A stretch of DNA of 24,407 nucleotides. It comes from Octopus sinensis. Its lineage: Eukaryota. The stretch is from NCBI RefSeq assembly GCF_006345805.1, contig NW_021836203.1, forward strand, positions 1 to 24,407, read 5' to 3'. This document shows, one piece after another, positions 11,740-23,292 of the stretch. Position 1 is the first letter of the stretch; every line of letters starts with the position of its first letter. The translations under genes and the position numbers were made by a program. Under the pieces are notes generated by a model. That model was not told the origin of the DNA and did not search any database. It saw only the letters and a list, made by a program, of their open reading frames with translations.

Positions 11740-11984
11740 ATTATTTTGGCTCAGGCCACTTTCACCCACCATTACTCAGCTTCTTGTTTAGTGGCATTCC
11801 CGAGACAAGGATATGTAATAACAGATGTACTCAACAGAAAACACGACATAAACTTCAAGTGTCGGCACAGGATTAAAAACTACTGAGTTTTTGCAAATCC
11901 ATTGACATGGACTCTTCTGAGAGATATCGATCACTGTCTGGCCAAAATAACCGCTGGTCGAACTCAATCAATAAACCTATCTTT

Positions 11985-12216
11985 TCCCCCATAACAAGCC
12001 CAAGACATTCAGTATCCAAGCACCAGTCTCAAAATCCTAATTGTCTCCAACAGAGCAGTCTTGGGGGTTTGCTCTCATGTCAATTTCGATTTCTCTCACA
12101 TATTAGTGCTCCGAGTGCCCCTACTGGAACGACAAACACTCTCCTCATAATCCACATTCTTGCAATTTCCTCTTTTAGTAGTCTGTACTTATCAATCTTT
12201 TCTAGGTCTTTGTCAC
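11985..12216 (-). mobile_element. Short 3' fragment of a second, diverged R4/Dong-like LINE (RLE C-terminus)
   Basis: Minus strand reads DKDLEKIDKYRLLKEEIARMWIMRRVFVVPVGALGAL, then after a frameshift KTALLETIRILRLVLGY-stop (stop at 12011-12009). This is the typical K-Y-x-x-L...R-M-W...VVPVxxGALG...KTALLxTxRILR ending. The 3' boundary is approximate. Confidence 0.85.
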
Positions 12217-12264
<48 letters not shown>

Positions 12265-13355
12265 GCATCTTCCAGTTCTGTTTCCTGCCGAGTGTCTTCC
12301 TGATACCTAGGGCAGAGAAACGTACTGTATACATTTGTAGGCCATTAAAACTCACCAGATTGTTCATTTACAAAGTCATATGATAGAGAAAAAGGAGAAG
12401 AAAGACAGAAAAAAACGAAACAAATAAAAAAGGAAAACGTAAACAAATAAAATAAAGGGGGAAAAGGAAAAAAATTCCCAGTGACAATGCTCTTCTCACT
12501 ACGTGTGACCAGTTACCAGTTAAGGCAATCTTCTGCACTTCCTGCAAGGAAAGTAAGCCAGAGATCATTCTTAAATAATTTTCTGTTCCTTTTTTTTTTT
12601 TTTGATCGTTCTAACCGTCTTGAGATGCCACATCTTTTGATTTCGATTAGCAAACCTTTAATTTTTCTGAGCTTATCAGATTCTTTTGCCGAGATGGTCA
12701 CAGGCTTTGCTCCTCATGTCAATCAATAAACAGACTTTATTGTTTTGATCTTTCACAAAGTTTATTTACTTTGATGGTCCGGTCTGCACTGGGATGTCCC
12801 AAAGAATCGTTACATTTTCTCCCTCAGTTATAGCCTCAGGGTGGTGCTGTACCATTTGTCAGTAGATTTGAAATTATTATGTCGACACATTATCCAATGT
12901 AAATATTGGCCAACTCTGTCATGTCTTGATTTATACTCTACAGGTGTTAAAACCTTACACCCAGAGTTTAGGTGGTCACTGTTTCAATGCCATCTTTGCT
13001 GTATTAGCAATTTGGGTCCACTCCATTTTTCATCTCATTGGCTTGATAGTTCCGGGTCAATAAGCTCTGATCTTCGGCAACCAAGATAATGCTTTCACCC
13101 TCTGCCTTTAACTCTGAGCTCCGTAGCCACTGATGGGTGTGGTTTTGGTCTACATCCGCTTGTTTGCTACATGCCACATACTTGCCATGCAGAGGTTTTT
13201 CTTCCCACCTATCAGCCAGTTGTTCAAATGCATTTTGCTGTTGGTTTCACCTTCTGTGCAGCTACGGTTGCCGCACTTCTATCATCCTGTTCAACCTGGG
13301 TTTTGTGCAGAAACTCAATTGAAAATTTTTAGCGGTCCTTCATAACAGAATGAAA
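12217..13355 (-). mobile_element. 5'-truncated, decayed non-LTR retrotransposon of the R4/Dong (RLE-type) group, copy 1, with (AAT)16 tail
   Basis: Minus-strand translation across frameshifts gives WEEKPLHGKY...HQWLRSSELKAEGESIILVAEDQSLLTRNYQAN, then HLNSGCKVLTPVEYKSRHDRVGQYLHWIMC (zinc-knuckle end), HHPEAITEGENVTILWDIPVQT, CLLIDM, SAKESDKLRK..IEIKR and QEVQKIALTG..HVVRRALSL (RLE C-terminus). A 3' UTR-like segment follows, ending in (AAT)16 at 12264-12217. Confidence 0.9.
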
Positions 13356-13520
13356 CTTCTTCTTCTCCTCTCTTCTTCTTCTTCTTCTTCTTTCTTCTTC
13401 TTCTTTCTTTCTTATTATTATTATTCTTATTATTATTATTATTATTATTATATTATTATTATATTATTATATTATTATTATTATTATTATTGTTATTATG
13501 TTATTATTACTATTAACTAC
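13356..13520. repeat. (TTC)n followed by (TTA)n compound microsatellite
   Basis: Read directly. It flanks the 5'-truncated end of the R4/Dong-like copy 1. Confidence 0.95.
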
Positions 13521-13574
13521 TATTACTATTGCTACTGGTATGTGTGGTGTGCACATGTATGTATGTATATGTGT

Positions 13575-13618
<44 letters not shown>

Positions 13619-13724
13619 TTGTTCTGTGTGTATATATACACACACATTATATGTAGTAATACATAGATAGATACGATAGACAGAGACAACACACAGACAC
13701 AGAAGATAGATAGCGGAGAAAAAT

Positions 13725-13779
13725 AGATAGATAGATAGATAGATAGAATATGATAGATAGATAGATAGATATAGATGAG

Positions 13780-13840
<61 letters not shown>
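13725..13840. repeat. Imperfect (GATA)n microsatellite
   Basis: Read directly. Confidence 0.93.
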
Positions 13841-13841
<1 letters not shown>

Positions 13842-14140
13842 TACAATCCGTTATGATATTCGTGAACGTGCTTGCTCTATATTTTGGTACGCACTTCGCA
13901 GAAGTTGAGTCTCCACTGCAAAGAAACAAGCATACATCTTCTACCTTTCCTTCACTTTTTTTCTTTTTGTTTTAGTTTTATTTTAGTTTTCCTTTTTTCT
14001 TTCTTTCTTTTTTGGTAATTGAAATGAAAGTGATATTTATAAATGAAAAATCCCAAGTTTGTTATCAGCCAGAGTATCAAATATATTTATTACTTCGTTC
14101 TTATTGCACTATTGTGCCAACAATACAACAAAGAATAATG

Positions 14141-14176
<36 letters not shown>

Positions 14177-14552
14177 GACAAAAATATTAATAAGTAAAAT
14201 TGTTTATATATATCTATATATATCTGTGTGTGTGTATGTGTGTGTAAACGCTACTACGCTCGTTACATTTATTCGGCTAAGCCGTTCGTTGCACGTTCGT
14301 TTCTGGTTATCATTGTCAATATTCGTATTCTTATGTTGTTGTTGTTTATGCTGTTGTGGCTGTGGTTGTACTTGTTGTTGTTGTTGCTGTCTTCGTGTAT
14401 AACTACACGTTATACTACCACTAATCCCAATACTAACACTCAGCCTACAACAACAACTATTAGCATCGTTACTTTCTCTCTTAGGTTTTAGTTCTACTGC
14501 TTGTAATATTAGTAGTATCAGTGAGAAGACTCCAACTACTGTTACTACTACG

Positions 14553-14755
<203 letters not shown>

Positions 14756-15391
14756 GTTTGGTGTTGATGTTTGTTATTTTATGCTGCTAGATGATGGTGA
14801 TGATGATGATGGATGAGGGGGGGTGAAGATTGTCATAATGCGATTCATGTGTGGTGGTCGTGGTGCATTTCAGTCTATAACTGTGGTTGTGTGGGTGTGT
14901 ATACATATATGCGTGTGTATGTATGCATGTGTATATATGTATATATACATATGCATACATATATGCGCATATGTATGCATAGGTATGTTTCTGTGCGTGT
15001 GTGTGTGTGTGCGTGTGTGTGTGTGTGTGTGTGCGTGTGTGTGGGTGTGTGTGTGCCAGTGTGGACGCAGTTAATTACCTGTGAATGTTTATTGGTAGAC
15101 TCCTCAATTCTCTCTCTTTGTATTTACCTGTCCTTTTTCGTCGCTTTCTCTCTCTGTCTCGCACTTCCTCACACTTTCTCTTTTCCCCTCTCTCACTCAA
15201 CTTCACCCCCTGAGTCACTCTCTCTCTATCTCTCTCTCGCTCTATCTCTCTATCTCTCTATCTATCTTGCTATCTCACTCTTGCACAATACCAATTTCTT
15301 CGACAGGAAGCGTGGGCTTACACACGCACACATACATGTATATACACTCACACACCACACAACACATATATATATATCTATATATATTATT

Positions 15392-15429
<38 letters not shown>

Positions 15430-15435
15430 TATATT

Positions 15436-15469
<34 letters not shown>

Positions 15470-16273
15470 CATAATAGATTATTATAAGTATGTATATATC
15501 TATAATATATATATAATATATATATATATATATTATAATATATATTATATATATATTATTATGTATGTATATAGTTATATATATGTATGTATGTATGTAT
15601 TTAAATACATATGCATATATGTATATGTTTACATATGTATGTGTGTGTGTGTCGTAATTGTGTGTAAAACCATATGCTTCTTGTTTAGTGTTTAGTTTAG
15701 ATTTCTTTTGATTTTTTTTCTTTGTCTTTGGCATTATTCTTCATTCTTGGAGTTCTCTTGCAAATCCATCCAATTCCTTTAATGTTTTGGAGATTTCTGA
15801 TGGATTAGCAGCTCTGAGCATTTCTGAAATATGAACACAGAGAATATTCTGAAAGATGATGAGATATCTGGTGGGAATGGTGGGGGAGAACAGTGGGGGT
15901 GCTAGGTGTGTTAGTGATGGCGGAGGTGACGGTGGTGGTGGTGGTGGTGATGGCGGTGGTGGCAGAAAAAGAGAGGAAAACGAAGGAACAGGCAAACGAA
16001 CTAAAACAAGGAAAAAAATTGAGGTATATGCGCGTGCGCGCGTGTGTGCGTGAGTGAAGATTGGTAGATGTGTGCAAGTGTGTGTGTGTGTGTATATATA
16101 TATATGTGTGTATGTGTGTGTACATGCGTTTACATATGTATATATGTGGGTGTGTGTATGTATGTTAATGTACATAGGTATGCATACACATTTGTGGCTC
16201 TATGTGTGTATATATATGCACACACACACACACATATATATGTATATACATATATATATATAAAACATATATA

Positions 16274-16311
<38 letters not shown>

Positions 16312-16377
16312 ATGCATATATGTATATATTTATGTGTATGTATACATGTGTGTGTGTGTGTTTGCAGATTAGAGATA

Positions 16378-16557
16378 TCTTATAGCTTGGCTGTTTCAGT
16401 CACTAGACTAGGGCCATGCTTAGGTACCACCTTGAAGAATGTGTTGTCCAAGAATGAAAACCAGTCCATCTTTTTCCCCCTTTTTACAGTCTGGTACGTA
16501 TTCTGTCCGGTACTTTTGCCGAACCGCTATTTTGCGCTAACGTAACCCACCAACGGT
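16378..16557 (-). mobile_element. SINE (family B), diverged copy
   Basis: tgtttcagtcactagactagggccatgctaggtaccaccttgaag...agtctggtacgtattct...ttttgccgaaccgcta. Colinear with 921-1037 and extends further. Confidence 0.75.
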
Positions 16558-16580
16558 ATATATATATATAGGTGTGTGTG

Positions 16581-16739
16581 TACAGAACGGGCTTATTTGT
16601 TTTCGGCCACTAAATCCATTCACAAAGTTTTGGGTCAGCCCAAGCTTATAAAAGAAGACACTTGCCTAAGATTCAACACAGTGGGACTGATCCCAGAACC
16701 ATATGGTTGGGAAGCAAGCCTCTTACCACACCTACGCCT
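16581..16739 (-). mobile_element. tRNA-derived SINE (family D), diverged
   Basis: Reverse complement reads ggcgtaggtgtggtaagaggcttgcttcccaaccatatggttctgggatcagtcccactg...ttaggcaagtgtcttct..., i.e. a tRNA-like head with degenerate A/B boxes and a CORE-like ggcaagtg motif, ending in a dinucleotide tail. The family is recognised from memory of octopus repeats. Confidence 0.7.
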
Positions 16740-16770
16740 CTACGTGTGGGTGTGTATATACATACATGCA

Positions 16771-16822
<52 letters not shown>

Positions 16823-17274
16823 ATATATATAAATATATGTGCACGTATATAACTAAGTATGCATATTGTATATAGAATATGCATGTGTATGATTATAACA
16901 CACACACATTGTGTGTATAAACAGACGTGTGAATATATATGTTTATATATGTTGGTATGCAGATATAAACATTTGTGTATGTATATGATGTTGTGTGTGT
17001 GTGTGTGTGTGTGTGTATACATGTGAATGTCTAACCTTTATTAGTGTAATGGAATATATATATTCGTTTTGTTTTTTGGTTGTCTAGATTCTTCTAGTCG
17101 TTGCTTCTGTCATCGTCATCGTCGTAATGGTCGCAACCATGATCATCCTCAACATGACGTGCTAGGCATGTCATCTTCCTTATCTTCAAATAATTGAAAC
17201 CAATTATTCTGATTGTTGTTGTTGTCGTTATTATTATTATTATTATATTATTATTATTATTATCATCATCATCA

Positions 17275-17338
<64 letters not shown>

Positions 17339-18268
17339 TGTCATTGTTATTGCCGCTTTGTGTTTTTGATGTTTGTGTTTTTGTTATTGTTGCTGTATTC
17401 TTCAAATATTGTATATGGTACGTGGTTTGGTGATTAGCAATTTCATTACATACATCCAAACATATGTACATGTGGTTGACACAGAAACATACATACACAT
17501 ACATACATGCACTCAGATATATATATATATATTTATATATATATATATGCATATATATATATTTATATATATGCATATATATATATTGTTTTATTTATTT
17601 ATTATATTGTTATTATATATACATATATATACATATATATATATACATGCACATATATATATAGATACATATAAACACACATATATATAGATACATATAG
17701 ACACACATATATATATATACATATTCATACACATATATATATAGATACATATAGACACATATATATATGCATATAAATATACAGATATATATACATATCG
17801 CGTCGATTCGATTCGATTCGTTTCGTTTCGTTTCTTCTTCTTCTCTAAGCTGGTTTATATATATATATATATATATAATGGAAGTTTGTGTTTGTATGAA
17901 ACACATACACGCACATATATGCATATATATATTGAAGTGTGTGTGTGTACAAATACATATGTTTAATATATATATGTGTGTGTGTGTATGTGTGTGTCTA
18001 TTTATAAACGCACGCCCGTACACTTCAACATAAATTCATAAGTAAACAATACCAGTGAATATGAGTGAAACAATATGGATCTTCACGTTGGGTGTATTTG
18101 CAACGGAATATGGGGAAGTGAGTAAAATCGTCTTTTTGATGAATCACGTGACCCGCCTTGATCAATTGCTATGACACATTTGACTTTAAATGTATGTGGT
18201 CTTTCACAACCGCTTCACCGTATTATTGACAGCAACCAGTGGCTCCCATGCAAATTTTCACAGTTTAT

Positions 18269-19346
18269 AAACATATCTATTTTCATTTTGTTGAACAAAT
18301 ATATCGATCTTCGTAATATTTATTCATTCTGTGAAAGATTTGGGTTGTCTTCGATTTTATTTGATGGCTACGGTCATTTAAAACATAAAACTGGCTGTGG
18401 TTGACGAGACCAGAGATGGAAGCCTTCTCTTGGTAAAGGTTCAGTTGTCACTGACTCAATCAGGAAGCGTACAGGATGCAAATCGTCGCAGTCGTGGCCC
18501 TGGGGTGTAAAATGTCTGGTTTTGTCTTTGAAAAGGAACTGCACATGAATGCCTTCCGTTACATAATGTGGAGCTTTAGTTTGACTCGCAGTTCCTTAGT
18601 ACGGCAGACTTGGCATTTTCCACCATCTGAAGAATACCAAGTATAAAGAGTTGCTGAATGAGGCTCTTGCCAAGGTATTGGCATGCAGCCTCTTCTTCCT
18701 TAAAAGAAGGCTGCTGCGGTTATCTACAAAGATGAGTGCGAAATTTCATGTAAAAGATTGGTTTGAGAAGCATTTAACTAAAGAAAGCCACTGGGGCGAT
18801 AGACGCGGTAGCTATGAACAGCTCGAGGTACTTGCGGTCTCTTGTCAAACACAACTGGAAGCATTTTGTAAGCAAATACTAATTCAATCCTCACATCACC
18901 AAACGGAGCAAAGTGTGCAGGATAAGGAGCGAAATGCTTATGTCCGTGAAGTATCTACTGACGATACTGGCGGGTTCTAAACACAGAGATTTCTTTAGTC
19001 AGCTTCGAACGAAGCATCTTGCAACATCTTGCAATGGAACCATCGTTTCTACGAGGGGCAAAGCATCTGTGCAGCATATTTCACACACACTCACATAAAG
19101 ACAACAACGTGTACTGTTCTTTATCAAACATAATATCGACAATCTTTCCTGATTGGGGCAATGGCAACTCCATTAACCTTTACCAATAGAAGGCTTCCAT
19201 TTCTGGTCTCGTCAACCACAGCCAATGTTATGTTTTAAATAACGTAGCCATCAAATAAAATCGAAGACATAAGCCACATCTTTCACAGAATATATCAATG
19301 TTACGAAGATCGATATATTTGTTCAACAGATTATAGATATATGTTT
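18269..19346. mobile_element. Foldback / probable non-autonomous DNA transposon with long inverted repeats
   Basis: 18289-18441 is the reverse complement of 19175-19328 (hand alignment: about 11 mismatches and 3 gap nt in ~154, ~91%). Weaker matches extend the arms to ~18269-18466 and ~19146-19346. The interior is non-repetitive, with a 126-codon open stretch at 18600-18980. No TSD found and superfamily not determined. Confidence 0.7.
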
Positions 19347-19743
19347 GCGTTTGCATCTATATATTACCTAGCTGCGTATGCGTGCGGGTATGTGTGTGTA
19401 AGTTTATTCGTGCACGTCTCTGGTCAAGAAAAGTATTTTAAAAATCATAGAATATGGAAGCCATTAAAAGAGTGTAACGAGGCTGTCGTTGATCGGACGT
19501 CGTGTGTAACATAAACGTCACAAATCTATTTCACGTAGATATTCAACAGAATGTCAGACGACCTGTGACAAACCGGCGCCATATTAGACACACACACTCA
19601 CACACACACACACACATAAATACTTATACAAGTGTATGTGCGTGCATGTGTGTTTGCATGCGCGCACGTGTGTGTGTGTAAGCATATATGCATTTTTAAG
19701 TATGTGTGTTGTATATATACATATATGTCTAAATATTATACAT

Positions 19744-19774
<31 letters not shown>

Positions 19775-20598
19775 CATACTTTATAATTAGAGTTCAGCAA
19801 AGATTTGCTTTACCACATACCGAAGTTTAGAAATAGCAGTCAAAAAAACCTTAGCTATTTCTTCTACTTTAAAAAGGACTCCCAGAAAAACCAAAGTAAT
19901 TGAAAACAATCTACGCAGGCAGAGACGAAAAATAATGAAAATCAATCCATATCTGGTCACCCTTTGTTATTATATATATATATATATATATATTGGGAAG
20001 CATATTTATTATGATTGTGAGGGAGGAAACAGAAGTAAAATAAATAAACGGCAATCAGGCGGCAATTTATGCTTAATGGTCGTTTGTACGTGTCTATAAT
20101 CTGCATGTATGTACGCGAATATTTCTGTGTCAACCTTGTAGTTTTTAGCTTCCCTCTCTTTCTCTGTCTCCCTCCATCTCTCTTCTCTCTCTCTCTCTTT
20201 ATATGTAAGGCATTACCTGTCTACCCAATATGTTAACTCTAACAATATAAACCGCCATTATCGTCTCTATGTTTACCAAGCGATTTTCTGTTTACATTTG
20301 TGTTTGTTTAAATAAATGTCTCTTTATGATTTTGTACTCCTGCCTTAATCGAAATGATGCGGCAGGTAGTGGAAAAGTGGAGGAGTAAAGCAAATATATA
20401 CATCGCACGTTGACTGTTGGCGATTTTTCTCATTCTTCCTTCATGGCCATCCCTGTTTTTCCTGTTTCCGACGAAGAACTATGCACGAAACATTAAACAA
20501 CTCTCTTCTTTCTCCGAGTGTCGTATTGATACATTATTTGTGCTACGTCCTCATGTTTGCTTGTTCTTTTCTTTTACTCTGCTTTTTGTATTGACTAA

Positions 20599-20630
<32 letters not shown>

Positions 20631-21218
20631 GGGGGGGGCGCGTTGTGTGTGAATCCGTGTTGACTGACGCAAATCATAGTGCACAATAATGCCACAGTAG
20701 AAACTAATGATATATTTTCTTTTGGTGTCTTGCTACTCTGAGTTTCACCTGCGGGTGTACGGGATGATCTTCAGGCAAGTTATGACTGAAAATTATTGGG
20801 ATCCGCACATTTGTTTCTTGCCATAGAGTGTCGTAGTTGGGAGAAAATGTGTGTGTGTGTGTGTGTGTGTGTAGGCTGATGACACTTATCAAGGCAGAAG
20901 CACATGTCCAAATTGTCCTCTTACCTCCTGACAATAAGCTCGTTCTTTACCTTAATGACGTGTCACACTTTTGGAAATTTTTGATTCTTAAGATTATCTC
21001 CCCTACTCAAGTGAAGCTTGCCTCACGTGCCAAATTGTAATTATGACACTTGGTCTAAAATCGGAGGTTGTTGTAATAAGTAAATATATATATATCCACA
21101 CACACACTCCCATATGTACTAATAGCCACTTTATTCCGTCGAGGGCTTACAAGCCCCGATTATTAACTATTTTCTTCAGACAATATACTGCGAACGCATA
21201 TAAGGTTTAAGCTTATAA

Positions 21219-21456
21219 AGGCGGCGAGCTGGCAGAAACATTAGCACGCTGGGCGAAATGCTTATTGGTATTTCGTCTGTCTTTACGTTCTGAGTTCAAA
21301 TTCCGCCGAGGTCGACTTTATCTTTCATCCTTTCGGGGTCGATAAATTAAGTACCAGATACACACTGGGGTCGATGTAATCGACTTAATCCCTTTGTCTG
21401 TCCTTGTTTGTCTCTTCTATGTTTAGCCCCTTATGGGCAATAAAAAATATATATAT
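21219..21456 (+). mobile_element. Full-length tRNA-derived SINE (family A) with 15-bp target site duplication
   Basis: Head ggcggcgagctggcagaaac, B-box-like GAGTTCAAATTCC, central domain ctttcatcctttcggggtcgataaattaagtaccag...ctggggtcgatgtaatcgactt and A/T-rich tail. Flanked by ggtttaagcttataa (21204-21218) and ggtttaagcctataa (21457-21471). Confidence 0.9.
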
Positions 21457-22256
21457 GGTTTAAGCCTATAATTATTATTATTATTTACAGGATTTTCGCT
21501 AGTTACCGTTTTGCATTTAACGCATACGTTTACATATATACATATATTTATTTATACACACACACACACACACACGCAATTATATATATATACACACACA
21601 TGCATATGTACGTATCACACAGGTACATATATTTGTGTGTATGTCTATATAAATATATGCTCGTGTGTAGCATATGTGCACATGTGCATATGTAAAAATG
21701 TCAACATGCAGATGCAGGTGTATATATAGGATGTGTTTCAGAAACATGGGTTTTTTCACGGTTTGTAAATTACGTATTTACTTTAACGAAAGCTATATCA
21801 CGGCTGCCATGTTGGCGTGGGAGGGATGGAGTGGGGCGTGAAGAGGAAGTATTGGCGGCGGGGGGGGGGAGCGAAGTGCAATTTTTGAGAATTGGACTTG
21901 CATTACATTGACAAACCTACGCACACAGAAGTATATCTGTATTTGCATAGAGGCATACACTACGGCAGCAAAACAAGCGCACAAAGACGTATATATTCAT
22001 GCACACACGCGTACACACACGATGCACACACACACACACACTCAGTATCATCACCATCACCACCTTTGTCCGCAGTACTGTCATCACCACCGGCAACGTG
22101 TGCCACCATCCGCCACCATCACCGACATCACATGACACTCATGCACTTTAATGAATGCATAATGGCATTTTGACGAATGCATCTCAGGACGATGATCAGT
22201 ATTCGGGCAGTAGTGGTGGTGGTGATGGCGCTAGCACCAGCAACTCTAGCAGACTC

Positions 22257-22312
<56 letters not shown>

Positions 22313-22317
22313 TGTGT

Positions 22318-23051
22318 AACCTCGGTGTACGCAACTGAAGCGGCATTAATTTTAAATAGCAATCTGTGTACCATACTTAACGTAAATACACCATTGAAAC
22401 CAAAGAACCATATGCTTCAGTCGTGTATGTATATATAGTATGGTATACATATGGCTATTTCATACTCTTGAAATCATATATACATCACCATACGTATGTA
22501 TATATATGTGTGCGAATATATATCGAGAAAGAGAGACAGACAAACCGACAATCAGAGAGACAAAGAGAGAGAGAGAGATGTATGTGAAGGCGCATAGTTC
22601 AGTGATTAGAGTATAGGGCTTATAATCGTGAGACTGTGAGTTCGAGTCCCGGACCGGGCTGTGTGCTGTGTCCTTGAGCAAGACACTTTATTTCATATTG
22701 CTGCAGTTCACTCAGCAAAGTTGTGACTTCTTCACTGGTGCCAAGCTGTATCGGCCCCTTTGCCTTTCTGTTGGGAAACATCGGTGGCGTGGAGAGGGAA
22801 GGCTGGTATGCATGGGCGAATGCTGGTCTTCCATAAACACCGTTGCTCTGACTTGTTCCTCGAGTTGGGGGGGGGGGTACTGTCTAGGTGTATTCCCGCG
22901 GTCATTCGTGATTGAACCTCGGTGTACGCGATTAAAGCGGCATTAATTTTAAATAGCCATCTGTGTACTATACTTAACGTAAATACACCAATGAAACCAT
23001 AGAACCATGTGTTTTAGTCGTGTATGTATATTTAGTATGGTATACATATGG
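22318..23051 (+). repeat. 137-bp direct repeat pair (22318-22454 and 22915-23051)
   Basis: Ungapped hand alignment gives 11 mismatches in 137 nt (~92%). The sequence is non-microsatellite. Confidence 0.92.
22589..22911 (+). mobile_element. CORE-type SINE (family C), full length
   Basis: ggcgcatagttcagtgattagag (A-box region), gagttcgagtccc (B box), tgtccttgagcaagacactttatttca (core), ggtggcgtggagagggaaggctggtatgcatgggcga. Reverse-complement homolog of 7412-7713. Confidence 0.9.
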
Positions 23052-23088
23052 GCCACATAGGTGGCGTGGAGAGAGGAGATAAGTATGC

Positions 23089-23148
<60 letters not shown>

Positions 23149-23243
23149 ACAAAGTCAAAGCCTAAACGTTGCGTCTCTTTTGCGGTCTCCCGAGAAACTA
23201 AATATTAAACTGAAATAAGCACTGGCCTTCCTATCAATTGTGC

Positions 23244-23292
23244 GTGGTGCCCCAGCATGGACGCAGTCCAAAGACCGAACCCTATAAGAGAA
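23244..23292 (+). mobile_element. SINE tail fragment (family B)
   Basis: gtggtgccccagcatggacgcagtccaaagaccgaac. Confidence 0.65.

Noticed and set aside
18497-18504. CCC-TG-GGG resembling a COE/EBF binding-site core (possible autoregulation)
   Set aside because: It lacks the flanking T and A of the TCCCNNGGGA consensus and lies inside a transposon-like element. I noticed no full consensus site in the window.
18651-18980. Assigning the foldback interior ORF to a named transposase superfamily
   Set aside because: Only short, partial resemblances to MULE, P-element and hAT motifs, which conflict with each other. A profile search is needed.
21825-21870. G-rich stretch as a possible G-quadruplex
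   Set aside because: The fourth G-tract needs a loop of over 20 nt, and there is no promoter or other functional context.
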